A stretch of 64,000 nt of DNA, taken from Eukaryota sp. GEM-RC1. Taxonomy: Eukaryota. This document shows, in pieces, positions 13,325 to 26,664 of this stretch. The position numbers and the translations under genes were made by a program. The DNA lies in the NCBI GenBank assembly GCA_040285855.1, contig JAUFOQ010000001.1, positions 3,162,001-3,226,000 of the forward strand, written 5' to 3'. A model generated the notes under the pieces. That model saw only the letters and a list, made by a program, of their open reading frames with translations. It was not told the DNA's origin and ran no database searches. How positions within the stretch are numbered: the first letter of the stretch is position 1; every line of letters starts with the position of its first letter.

Positions 13325-15891
13325 TCAAACACGTTCCACTTTCCATTCATGATTACGACCCCAAACTAACATCCCAAAAACCAAATTACTAGGAATATCA
13401 ACATTAAAAGTAGTTGTACAAGTTGACGGTTTGAAGCAAGCTTTGCCATGAGAAAAACTAACAGTAATGGATTCTCCTTTGGTAATTGTAGGGAATCTTG
13501 AATTTGAAGGGGAGAAAGAACCACAATGAGACTTACCTGTAGTACGAATATAGGTACTCGAACCATCCATCTGAGGACTATTTCTATTTGTCCAACCAAT
13601 AAAGTCAAATTGATGCTCATCACCATCATAAAGATCTTTAACATCATCATCCTGATGAAGATCATCTAGCCTTGTAAACTTAACAGAATAACTGTCTGCA
13701 AGATTAACTTCTACAAAACTATTGATATTACCACTCATATTGTTCCTTTTGACAACAGTATTGTAATTTGATAAGGAAAGGTCTGAACCACAATTATTAG
13801 AGTTGAATAAATTCTTAGAATAAATACTAGGGAAGAATGGTCTTCTTGTATTGCGCACTGCTTTTGTCTTGTTGAGAGCTCCAATTGTTATTTTGTCATT
13901 TTCCTCTGCTTTTGCCTTGTTAAGAGTTTCAATTCTTCTTCTTTCATTTTCCTCTGCTTTTGCCTTGTTAAGAGTTGCAATTCTTCTTCTTTCATTTTCC
14001 TCTGCTTTTGCCTTGTTAAGAGTTTCAATTCTTCTTCTTTCATTTTCCTCTGCTTTTGCCTTGTTAAGAGTTTCAATTCTGTTCTTCCTTTCATTATCTT
14101 CATGGATCCTAATCAAAGGAGTTACAGATTCTCTTAAGGACCTTAATTCATTTTTAAAAAATAACTCCTGATCATTCAGTTCTTTACTTAGAACCACCTC
14201 TTTTTGTTTTATTTCGTGCAGCTCTGTTTTTAAGACAACAACTTGTTGCTTCACTTCCTTTAGTTCCTGGTCATGTTGATTCAAAGTACTTAAAGACTGA
14301 TTTAATAAACTTGCATTTAGAAGATGAGAGATTCGGGAATCAGTAGTCAACTTTGATAGAATATTTAAAATTTGAATATTGTCTGCACTTGACTGAAAAT
14401 CAACAATTAGAATTTCATCTTCAAAATTCTTCACTGTCCATAATTCTGTTTCTTTCCATGTTTTGACAAAACAAGTTATGAGAAAGAGATCATAAGAGGG
14501 AGGTAAGGAATTTTTTAAATTTTTGAAAATTTCTGGGTTAAGATACGGATGATTAAAGATCTTTAGAAGATCACTTGCTTCAATTATCAAAGAGAAATTC
14601 TGAACTAAAAAATCGTCATTTGAGATGTTACTTCTCTTATGATTCAAACAACTTTGAGATAAACACCACAAAAACCATTCATTAGGGATGTTCCGGACAT
14701 TTTGAACCCCCTGAAAGACTTTCATTGACCAATTGAACATGAATTGATGAAGGTAATCCCGATCAAATAATGGAAGCAAACCAGTATAAATTTCATTGAT
14801 ATTTTGATCATTTACAACGATTTTTTCAAATATTTGACTCAAATCATGATAGTCCTGTTCAAAAACTTCATTGGTGATGGATGAAGTTAAACATTTTAAC
14901 ACCCATGAATTTGACATAACCTCAATTAAAAGAGAAATCAATGAAAGAGGGAAGGGGAAGGGAGATGGCAAATCCTGGCAGTTGTTCAATTTGCCAAAAG
15001 AATCAAATTTTCTTGCAGAAGATTTAGAAGAGTTCGTTCTGAAATCATTTTCAACAACGTAAGTATATCTGCGGTAGTAGTTAGAGATGAAACAAAGTAA
15101 GTACAAGTTTCTTTCAAATTATGTATATAAAAGTATGTCGACAATTGATAGAAATCACAAACATTGCTTAGATCAAGACTGAAAGGTTCTCCAAGGAAAT
15201 ACTTTAAAAAAGTCTCAAAATTTGAATTAGAAACACCAGTAAACTCTTCATTGTATGAGAACCTTCGTACATTTGAGTCCGCAAAATTCAAACAGAACAG
15301 ATTTTTAAAATATTCAGAAGAACATATCAAGACCAAAGAGCTAATGGTGAGAGATCTACCCTTATAAGAAAGCATAACATCTCGCTCCACACTTGATTTG
15401 ATAGTTTGTAAGACTTCTTCAGACTTCAATTGAAAATGACGTGATGTGGAAAATCCGTCAGAAACAACCTTGTGGATGGAATTTGACAATGAGTTGAGTT
15501 GAAGGAAAGAACATAGGGTGAGCACAAAACCCATATTCTTGAGAGTAAGTTGAAAGGGTTGTCCGTAACAGTAGTCTAGGATTTGGAAGAACAGATGGGA
15601 ATCGGGAACAATAGACTCTAGTTGGGGGAAGTTTACTTCAGGATCGGAGCTGAGTAGCTTCTCTTTCAAGACTGGACTGAAGGAAGAGAGGAAAGAAGAG
15701 TGACAAGGATAAGATTGACCGTGGAAGACGATGACCTTGTCAGTGAGAAACTGCTTCTGTTTGTTGAGAAAGAGTTGAGATACGATTTCATTGGGATCAG
15801 ACAATACTGTTACAAGGGGGTTGATAGTCGACGTTGTTCCTGCGAGAGAAGCATTAGGAGCAGGTAGACGGTTTTTCTTCCTTCTTGCCAT
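13325..15891 (-). CDS. BTB-BTB / coiled-coil / SPRY-like protein (putative Cullin-3 adaptor); 1-nt frameshift near 14997
   Basis: Two BTB domains (TDKVIVFHGQSYPCHSSFLSSFSPV; ISSLVLICSSEYFKNLF). Colinear with intact paralogue 52253-54502 once one T is added (LILFGKLNNCQDLPSPF). Confidence 0.8.
13896..14095 (-). repeat. 48-bp coding tandem repeat, about 4 copies (IETLNKAKAEENERRR)
   Basis: Unit tcattttcctctgcttttgccttgttaagagtttcaattcttcttctt starts at 13896, 13944, 13992 and 14040. Confidence 0.95.
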
Positions 15892-15939
15892 TGTGAATAG
15901 AATTGTTTAAAATAATGCTTTTTCACATGCTGTTTTACA

Positions 15940-16829
15940 CATAGCCGTACTTGACAAATCATTTTTTCACAAATCTGTGATCTGTCATCACAAAATTGTA
16001 AAAATGGTCAGACTATTGCAATTGTGATTTGTGATCATGATTGTTGACGCTAAGCATGGTTGATATTTTGTCAGATTTTAGTCAAAAAAATGCAAAATAA
16101 ACAAGGCAAATCAACTACTTGTCGTGTCTGAGTGGTAGACTGTTCATTCTGAACCTTACGAATTAGATTATTATATTTTCTAAACGGCGATTAAATATGT
16201 CTTTTACTTACTCATATAGATGGTGCCTTTGGAGTATATTTTAACCTAGCTCTATTGAAGAAGAAGAAAATCTCAGTTTCGCTCAATTTAAAATTTATGG
16301 AAGAAGATATCAAGCAATGTTACATAAGCAGATATTTGGAGTGACGTGCGTGCCAGCACTGAACGATCTCTGAGTGCTGAAGATTAATTAGTTCATGATA
16401 GTTGTTGATCTTAGTGAGGAAATAGGAGAAGTGGATTTTCAAAGCGTAGTAATTACCATTACGATTGAAAACCCTGTGGATTTTGAGGTTGAATTAGACG
16501 AAGATGATGACAATGTGTTGGAACTACTGAATTGTCAACCAAGAAGAACAGTAGAAATAATTAGTATATAATTGATGAACTACAGTATTATAATAGAGTA
16601 ACTCTGATATAAAGCTCGTGATATATTAGCAATTGTTTTACTGTTGTCTTAGATCAAATTGTCAGGAGATAAGTCACAATATGATAATTTTTTATATAAG
16701 TTATGAAGATGAAGAGTACATTTTTCATATCATGTGTGATTATTGTGATCATTGTTATCACACTTTGTGATTGAGATTTGTGATCACAAATCACAAAACA
16801 GAGCACTATTGCTGTGACGTACAACTATG
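15940..16829. mobile_element. hAT-type MITE, 8-bp TSD GTTTTACA
   Basis: Imperfect TIRs CATAGCCGTAC / GTACAACTATG; identical GTTTTACA at 15932-39 and 16830-37; subterminal TCACAA/TTGTGA motifs. Confidence 0.85.
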
Positions 16830-17042
16830 GTTTTACATCATCAATGTTGAAATCATTTTCAGTCAGTTAAATTGAATCCGTGAGACCAATTATAAACACA
16901 CTTGATTATCGCAGCGTAACATCAGAAAATACTGGAATTTTCCGACTAAAGTTAGTTCTATTAGCGTATGGCCACATGGCTCATGAATTGTCTGGCGGGT
17001 CTTGAAGTGTTATCGGAACTGATCGCCAACATCTAAATAGCA

Positions 17043-18290
17043 GTTACCTCCCATTTCAGTGATCACTTTCTCATTGTCTGATTCTTACACAACAGTATCT
17101 CAATACACAGCAGTACTCAAGCAAAGCATCGCTTCGGATTCTCCTTTCATTGTTGTCAAACACTGTTCAAAGTTACACACACTTCTCCTCAGTACTTTTG
17201 ACGTAGCTCTTTTCATCTACATTGATGCTCCTCTTCATACTGAACTTAAGGATCTCCTTCTCTCTCCTCACATAACCAAGGCACATTCATCACCTCCAAT
17301 CAATCTTGTTATTCCTTGACAGCTGGCGTTCAAATTTGCTTTTCTATTTCAGAGAAACAATGTGATTGTAACGAGTTGTATGTTTTTCAAAATTTTACAT
17401 TCTTAATAACTTGTTCTGTTAAAGGTACTCGAAAACTTTCTTAGCTGATATTTTCAAATACAAATCTAAATCAGTTATTCATTCTTGAACGACTCATGTT
17501 GAAGGACGAAACATTTTAAGCAGAATTATTTAATGTTGAGTTCATGCAATCTACCCCACAAGTTTCTTTTGATTGCAAAATCCCTAAGACAGAATCAGAA
17601 TTGAAAAGTACTGTCATTATTAATACTCCTTTTGAAAATATGTTCACTCTTTTGTGTAAGTTACCCCCAAGTTATTTGTATATTTTCCCTGCTTTAACTT
17701 AATGGAACTTCCTTACCACAGCTTGTTCTTTTTCTACTTCATCTTGACATGTTAAAAATTTAAAGCAAGTTGTCCAACTGTGGGGCTTGGAAGAATTGTT
17801 TGAATTTGTTAGTGATACTGATTTAAATAACAATATTGATTGTCATGATGACGTTATTTCCCTACTTAGAGTCGTCTTTGAGGGAGTTTTGTTCTCAGGA
17901 TGAAGTTTGTATACAGAATGGTGCTCTCGTTGGATGTTGATACCATGTTATTTTCAGAGTAAATCTTTCACCTGATTTATGGTAAAAGTGGCAAGTTTTC
18001 AGTAGTTTCTAGATGTATTTTATCAAGTTAAATCTTGGAGATTTGGTGTTCCTTTTGGATGTTTACACCCAGTGCTTAAGATATTGTCCAAGTTTTTGGT
18101 CTTCTCTTTTCTTTATTTTACAACCCACCTACGGTTCTATATGATTACCAGTGTAAATTGACTGTTGATTTCAATTGTTTGCTGTTTGACAATAGTTTAA
18201 TGGAAGATGTTATGAACCACTTTATGAGTGGAAAAATCATCATTTGGTCAAATCTGACACAGCAGTTTTTTAAATCATTTGGATAATTAA
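17043..18290 (+). pseudogene. Pseudo-exonuclease family copy A (internally deleted, in-frame stops)
   Basis: Matches the start of copies B and C, then jumps at about 17298 to their C-terminal part; multiple stops and indels. Confidence 0.85.
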
Positions 18291-20218
18291 CCAAAAATCT
18301 TCTGTAAATCATCTTTAAGAAGATTTTTATTAAAACAATACCATATATTTAAAAAAACAACGATTATCATTAAACAACACACATTGAACATCAAATCTTT
18401 ATATTCTCATAAAAGGAACTCACTGCTAGTAAAGCCTTGGAAACGACCATGGGAATTGTGATGAAACAGAAAGAACTATACGATTGAATTCTAACACGTG
18501 ATCACGTGATCAAAGCGTTCGTCTATCCTCTTTCATATTCATATCCATCATTGGTTTTATGGACTTATCCTGCTTGTTTTGTTCAGTAAAATATAAAGGG
18601 GAAGTTTCAGAGCAAACCTTCTTTAAATATATTTTTTGCACATACACACAATAATTGAAACGAAAACAGGTGCCTCCTGATGCAACTATTCCAAATTGGA
18701 AATTGAACCAGTTTTTGAGATTAGTCTTTGTACACTATTTGGATGGAACAAACCAGGGGAGAACTAATAGTGTAGGGAAAGATCCTCTCCATACAGATCA
18801 TCCGTCAATATATGTACTGGTAAGGGGGAAGAGAAAACCCGGATATGAAATTACACTGCAATGCGATACTTAAACTAAAACTACAACATTGAGACCTCAT
18901 TGAAGCGTATATTCCAAATTTTAACAAAATTTGGGGTCTTTATCCAAGTAACAATTTCTGATGAAACAAAAGGTAAAAATACTCCAAGAATTCAAAATTT
19001 GAGAACACGTATGTGTAACACTGATTCTGCTCAGAAACTTCGCTATTTTATTGGCCCGTGGTTTTTGTTAGAACATTGTAGTTGATGGTACGGGTCTTGA
19101 CTTTTGTCTATATTCAACTATCGTTAACACTTCAAAAATGTATTTTATAATTTCTTAAAACGCTAACGAACAAAAGTGCTTACAACACATTCCTGCTTTA
19201 AGTTCTCGAAGACACAATAGTGTTGTCTTTCATCCTTTGATATTTCTTTCTATGGACAATTGGTTGATGTACTGGTAGAGTTTCAACATTTGAAGGACGA
19301 ATTTTGTTCAGTATGCGACAGAAGTCCAGATGTCTCAGTGGAAGGGTAGATTTACACCAAATGAGTCTACGGTGTCTCTAATTCTTTTCCATTTAGTGGA
19401 TGAACTGAACGTACAGAACGTACACGAATTATGGAAACTAGTATATGTTGATAATTAGTCACACACATGGTAATTTCTTTCACTCAGACTAATTCCCATT
19501 TTGTGATACTTTTAACTGAAACCCAACTGGGAATTAAGTCTATAACATTATTGTACATCAACAAAAGTAAACAATCAAGCGTTTTAGTTAACATATACTG
19601 CAAAAATTGACAGCACACATTTTGAATGACAGAAATTAGTAAAAACATAAATCACCATCTTTTATCTCTCTAGGTGTGCACATCGTATCCATTTAATTCT
19701 CTTGTTGCACGTCTAGTAGTCTGGTCCGGACATCAGGATTTTCAACCATGCAACTCGTTTGAAACAAAGATCTTATTGTTCTGTTAAGCAAAATATGGTT
19801 GATGTAATACTTTCTCCTGATGTTAACTTCCCCAAGTACGATGTCGATGTTCAAATATTTCGAATTACAAATGACAACAAACATTGTTGTTTCTGTAACA
19901 TGCTAATTACTGTAGTCGCTTATGATAATTCATGTGGACGACACAATCTACCATGATAGGTGTATTGAAGTCATTTTAGTCTATGACGGTTAGTCCCTAG
20001 TCATTTCTTCAACGCAAAAGTTTGGTCAGATTTGATACGTGAAAATGCTACAGCTATCATTACTAATGATTCGGTACTTTTGACTCGATCATTGTGTAAT
20101 GCCACTTTTCTCATTAACTGATACACATCTTAATTGGAACTACGGATATTAATTTCAGTGGTATCCCCCAGGTTTCTATGATTTGGTTGACACTTGACAT
20201 TGGCCTGCAATTAATTTT
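18290..20218. repeat. Intergenic spacer of the tandem array, repeated at about 24669-26643
   Basis: Colinear high identity between the two spacers, including the same short ORFs (MKRKQVPPDATIPNW). Confidence 0.9.
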
Positions 20219-21506
20219 GAGGCAATTACAAAAATAGACACGTCCTTACATCTCCTTATCAAAAATAGACACGTTTTATTGGGTTCTCCATCTCTGCTTC
20301 TATGAGCATCTACACCGTAGATTCTACTTCCTCTCTTTCATTGTGTAAGGCCTCTTCCTCTTCTGATTCAACATCTCCAAAATCTCTGAGTTCTATCAAG
20401 TTGTCATGGTTCTCCTCTGGCTCAAACTCAGCTAGCCAATTGTCGATGTCAAACTTCTTAACCTTCTTTTTCTTGCTTGATGCGATGCAAAACGATCCGC
20501 TCTCTTCTTACGTGGTCTACCAGGAGCATTGTTTGGATCGGGGGCAATCACACAATCCAATCCTCTCACTTCTGCCCATTCTGATCTATCAGGCATTATC
20601 GGAATAATACCAACATATGTGCAGGCATAGTTCTGAAGAGAATGTATGTCCTCAATTCCTTCAGTTGGCATCGTTTTCTTCTTCAAAAACACAGCCAATG
20701 CGTGAGGACATGGGTAGCCGTTCTTTTGCCATCGTTTACATGAGCAGCTCTTTGCTGCAAAATTCAAATCCTTTTCTACTGGCTCCATACATTAGAAACA
20801 GTTTGTCAAAAATCTCATTATTAGTGGAATAAATAAGAATAGAATCTTGAGCAGTCTGATCAAAGTAGTATTTATAGAGAGGAAGAAGAGAAAAGTTTTC
20901 TTCATATCCGCCGAACATATCGTCGATACAAAATTTCTTCGCCCTGTGTGCGGTAAGATATGGAACATCAACATTGTAAAGGATCTTCATATCATGCATT
21001 ATGTCTCGAGTTAAATAAAAAGAATTTGCTCGAATCTTGGTTCGGACCACAGGGTTTCTGGAGATGAATAAGGGACATGCATTTGGATTGGTAGTAGAAA
21101 GGGATCCATGGCATGTATGAGGGGAAAACTGGTTCACTTTGAAGGGATACTTCTCCAATACGAGACATGGTATGTCTACCGGGACGTTGTGATGTAGATG
21201 TTAACTTGAAAGAGCATTGTGCATCAAGACATGTGGTCGACAGTCGATCGCCACTACTTGCAGTTACTTTTGTTTTAGCACCACGGAATAAGTTATAATG
21301 CTTAAGAGCAACTTGTAACTCCATTTTATTGAGAAAAAGAGATCCAGCAGTGAGTTTGTCAGCAGCTTCGTTCTTCTGACGCACAATAGATGCTAACGCA
21401 GTTTCCTCGTCTTTATCCATGAAGGAGGAGGATGTTGGAAGGATTCAACAACGTGTCTATTTTTGATAATGGGTGTTTGGAACGTGTCTATTTGAGATAT
21501 TTTCTC
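20219..21506 (-). mobile_element. Mutator-like (MULE/MuDR) element, internally deleted, non-autonomous; TSD AATTAATTTT
   Basis: TIRs of about 55 bp with doubled AAATAGACACGT; 10-bp TSD on both sides and a single copy at the empty paralogous site near 26634. Encodes a MuDR DBD (C..AQCSF...PHTC) and a SWIM finger (CSCKRWQKNGYPCPH), but no DDE core. Confidence 0.9.
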
Positions 21507-21537
21507 AATTAATTTTTGATTCCACAATTTAAAATCA

Positions 21538-24500
21538 ATGGTATGCTTGCACAAACCCACTTCTTATTCAAGCTGTACCTTTCAGACTCTTCTGACTCCG
21601 ATGACGACGCTGTGAGTTTAGCATCACATCCTCCCAACAATTTGGCAGATTTGAAACACCACCAGTTTTTCCAGGAGTTACCTCCCATTTCAGTGATCAC
21701 TTTCTCATTGTCTGATTCTTACACAACAATATCTCAATACACAGCAGCACTCAAGCAAAGCATCGCTTCGGATTCTCCTTTCATTGCTGTCAAACACTCT
21801 TCAAAGTTACCTGCACTTCTCATCAGTACTCCTGACGTAGTTCTTGTCATCTACATTGATGTTCCTCTTCATACTGAACTTAAGGATCTCCTTCTCTCTC
21901 CTCACATAACCAAGGTACATTCATCGCCTTCAGATATCAAAACTCTCAACAGACTTCTTAATGTCACTATTCATCCTTTGATTTCTGTTTCAGAGAATCT
22001 TGACCAGATTAGAAGCATCAATCTACACCGATCTGGATCAAAACTTAATCTTAAGAAACGTAAAAAGGATGGTCCATATTTGATGCCCTTGGCCTCACCC
22101 CGATCACTGTTTCACTTGATATAGAAAGTGATCAGCAAGTCTACAATGATATACTATCTGTCTTTGGTATCGCCTTTTATCATCACCTAAGTCTTGTTAA
22201 GAAATTCGATTCAGTTCCTATCCCAGTTAATCATCCTTGTTGTTTCTTGTCTTCTTCACCTTATGATCTGATTCAGTTGAACTTAAGTGAAACCTTTGCT
22301 TTTCGTCATATTGCACCTCATATTTGCCAGAAAAATCGTTGGCTTGATGCTGTTGAACCTTTCTGTTGTGATCTTCATGATGCTAGTGAACTCATTATTA
22401 CATACCAAAAATTTATTCCAATTCCATCTTTCTTTTTAAATGATTTTATGTCTCCGTTTGCTCACTTTGTCTACTCTTTTGTATCTCATGGAAACAACAA
22501 GTCTATCTTTGAGTCTGTTCCACACTCGTCATTTGATTACTCAAACCCAGTAAGTGTTGTTGAAAACTGCTTAAAAGCTCTTTTGAGTGCCTAAAATCTT
22601 TCAATAAGAAGGATAGAAATAAGAAACTAGAGGCTTTATCATTGTTGAGAGAACCAAATAAGTTTCGTAATTTCACCCTTCTTGTGCTACATAATCTCTT
22701 GGTTTTTCATCTCAGGATTGACTCAACAAAAGTCAATGATTTGGTTGTTTCTGAGTCAATGTTCAATGGTTCTGATAAACTTCTTTGTATTAATGATATT
22801 CTTGATGGTTTAGTAATTGACTTTGTTTCAAAGTTCTTTCATTCGAAACAGAGTATCATAACTCCAGCAGTACCCGCAGCATCACGTGTTTTTTCGTCAA
22901 AGGCAAGTGATAACGATAAATCAATCAAACCTCCAGTCAGAGCAGACCAATCAGATCGCTCAGAGTTTGGTGATGATGAAATGTTTTTGATTGTATCGAT
23001 ACGTCATGTGATCCAAACTACCCTTCTATATCCAAATTTTTAAATTCTATGCCCTCTAAAAATCTCAAAATTTTAATTATGGTCCAGTCTGTTGTCATGG
23101 TTGTTGATACTGTGTTTTTAGTGACAGATAATTGTACTCTACAGGTTGATGTTCAGTTGGATCACGTTCTTCCTTCCTCTATCGTTGAGCTCTTTATGAA
23201 TGATGACGTGATCAAAGAATTCGTTTCTACAGAATGTACTTTAACCGATTTTGGTTCTTTCTTCTTTGTACCCAGGTTAGAGTCATTTATTGATCGTTCA
23301 GCATTTCTCCAAAAGGAATTTCCACTGTTTTTCAGTTGTGAAAATTTTAAAAACTGTCTAAAACCTGTAAGAGCAAAATGGAATCGTTTTTTGAGTGAAC
23401 TTAAACTTCCCAAAAGTTTAAAAAACCATTCAAGTAATTACTATAAATTAGCACGTGGATCTCTAGAATTTTTAAAAAATCATAGCGATGACGTGAGACC
23501 CCAATCATTTTCAATTCCAATGGTCCCAGTCTCTCAAGATGTTCGTAAATTAATTCAATGTCAATCGCTTATAGATCAAAGTCAATCAATCAGTTTTGTA
23601 GACCCCTTGCTACCGGTCAATTCAGATGACGTTGTCTATCGTAATGATTTTTTAAAAATTGTAGTAGTGAAAAATCAATCGTGTTATCCCTTGACAACTG
23701 CTGTTAGCATTTGTTTTTTTTATCACAGAAACAATGTCGTTATAAAGAGTTGCCTGTTTTTCAAAATTTCAAATTTTTAATTGATTGTTCCGTTAAAAGT
23801 GCTCGAAAAAAATCTCGGCTGATGTTTACAATTACCAATCTAAATCAGTTATTTCTTCTTGAACGACTCATGTTGAAGGACGAAACATTTAAACAGAAAT
23901 ATTTAAATATTGACTTTCTGCAATCTACCCCACAAGTTTCTTTTTGATTGCAAGATCCCTAAGACAGAATCAGAATTGAAAAGTACTGTCATTATTAATA
24001 CTCCTTTTGAAAATATGTTCACTCTTTTGTGTAAGTTACCCCCAAGTTATTTGTATATTTTCCCTGCTTTAACTAAATGGAAGTTCTTTACCACAGCTTG
24101 TTCTTTTTCTACTTCCTCTTGTCTTGTTACAAGTTTAAAGCAAGTTGTCCAACTGTGTGGCTTGGAAGAATTGTTTGAATTTGATAGTGTCACTGATTTT
24201 AATAACATTATTGATTGTCATGATGACGTCATACTTTCCTTCTTAGAGTCGTCTTTGAGGGAATTTTGTTCTCAGGATGAAGATTGTATACAGAATGGTG
24301 CTCTTGTTGGATGTGGATACCATGGTATTTTCAGATTAAATCTATCACCTGATTTATTGATAAAAGTGGCAAGTTTTCGGTCTCTATTTCAGGTATTTTA
24401 TCAAATTAAATCTTGGAGATTTGATGTTCCTTTTGGATGTTTACACCCACTTCTTAAGCTATTGTCCAAGTTTTTTGGTCTTCTTTTTTCTTTATTTTAC

Positions 24501-24668
24501 AACCCACCCACGGTTCTATATGACTACCAGTGTAAATTGACTGTTGATTTCACTCGTTTTCTTTTTGACAACAGTTTAATGGAAGATGTTATCAACCACT
24601 TTATGAGTGGAACAAACATCATTTGGTCAAATCTGACAGAACAGTTTTTAAATCATTTGTATAATTAA
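21538..24668 (+). CDS. Pseudo-exonuclease (DEDDy-like fold repeat) protein, copy B; 32-nt intron 21541-21572; several homopolymer frameshifts
   Basis: ATG|GTATGC...TCAAG|CTG TAC gives MLYLSDSSDSDDD. Six ORF pieces are colinear with copy C, and all breaks lie in homopolymer runs. Confidence 0.7.
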
Positions 24669-26664
24669 CCAAAAATCTTCTGTGAATTATCTTTAAGTAG
24701 ATTTTTAAAAAAACAATACCAGATCTTAATAAATGCAACGAATATCATAAGACAACATGTATTCACCACCAAGTCTTACCACAACGCTATTCTCATAAAA
24801 GGAGCTCACTGCTAGTAGTGTTTTGGAAACGACCAGGCGAATTGTGTTGAAACAGACAAAACTATTCGACCTAACCATAACACGTGATCACGTTATCAAA
24901 GCGTTCGTCTATCCTCTTTCCTACCAATTTTTCATAAATCATTTACAATATGCATATGTCCTTTTCGTAACGACCTTGAACTGATAAACTAAAAAGTTAA
25001 TTCATATTCCTATCCATCAATGGTTGTATGTACTTATCCTGCTTGTTTGGTTCAGTAAAATATAAAGGGGAAGTTTCAGAACAAACCTTCCGCAAGCATA
25101 TTTTTTGCACACACACAATAATTGAAACGAAAACAGGTGCCTCCTGATGCAACCATTCCAAATTGGAACTTGAACCAGTTTTTGAGATTAGTCTTTGTAC
25201 ACTATTTGGATGGAACAAACCAGGGGAGAACTAATAGTGTAAGGAAAGATCCTCTCCATACAGATCATCCATCAATGAATGTACTGGCAAGGGGGAAGAG
25301 AAAACCTGGTTATGAAATTACACTGCACTGCGATACTAAAACTAAAACTACAATATTGAGACCTCACTGAAACGTCTATTCCAAATTTTAACAAATTTTG
25401 GGGTCTTTATCCAAATGCCAATTTCTGATGAAACAAAATGTAAAAAGCACCCAAGAATTCAAAATTTGAGTACCCGTATGTGTAACACTGGTTTTACTCA
25501 GAAACTTCGCTATTTTATTGGCCCGTGGTTTTTTTGTTAGGACATTGTAGTTGATGGTACGGATCTTGACTTTTGTCTATATTCAACTATCGTTAACACT
25601 TCAAAAATGTATTTTATAATTTCTTAAAACGCTAACGAACAAAAGTGCTTACAACACATTCCTGCTTTAAGTTCTCGAAGTCACAATAGTGTTGTCTTTC
25701 ATCCTTTTGATATTTCTTTCTATGGACAATTGGTTGATGTACTGGTAGAGTTTCAACATTTGAAGGACGAATTTTGTTCAGTATGCGACAGAAGTCCAGA
25801 TGTCTCAGTGGAAGGGTAGATTTACACCAAATGAGTCTACGGTGTCTCTAATTCTTTTCCATTTAGTGGATGAACTGAACGTACAGAACGTACACGAATT
25901 ATGGAAACTAGTATATGTTGATAATTAGTCACACACATGGTAATTTCTTTCACTCAGACTAATTCCAATTAAGTCTATAACATTCTTGTACATCAATAAA
26001 AGTAAACAAGTAAGCTTCTAGTTAACAGGTACTGCAATAGTTTACAGCAGACATCTTGAATGATGATAGAAATGAATAATAACTTAAATCACCATCTCTT
26101 AACTCTCTTCATTCAAGTCTCTTGTTGCACGTCTAGTACTCTGGTTAAGGCATTATGTATTTCAACAATGCAACTCGTTTGAAACATACATCTTGTTGTT
26201 CTGTTAAGCAAAATATGAATGATGTAAAACTTTGTCCTGATATTTACTTCTCCATGTACGGTGTCGATGTTCAAATGTTTCGAATTACGAATGACAACAA
26301 ACATTGTTTTTTCTGTAACATGCTCATTATTGTAGTCCCTTTTGATGATTGATCTGGACGACACAATCTACCATGGTAGGCGTGTTTGAAGTCATTTTAG
26401 TTTATAAGGGTTAGGTCCCTAGTCATTTCTTCAACGCAAAAGTTTGGTCAGAATTGACGTACATGAAAATACTACAGCTATCCATTAGTAATGATTTGGT
26501 ACTTTTGACTCGATTATTGTGTAATACCACTACTCTCATTAACTGATATACATCTTAATTGGAACTACGAATAATCATTTCAGTGGTATCCCACAGGTTT
26601 CTATGATTTAGTTGACACTTGATATTGACCTGGAATTAATTTTAGATTTCAGGATTTAAAATCA

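Noticed and set aside
13896..14095. CRISPR-like regular repeat
   Set aside because: Contiguous 48-bp units without unique spacers, in frame within a coiled coil, in a eukaryotic context.
18655..18873. Conserved small ORF MKRKQVPPDATIPNW, also at 25122-25370
   Set aside because: TTG start, different stops, and conservation explained by the segmental duplication.
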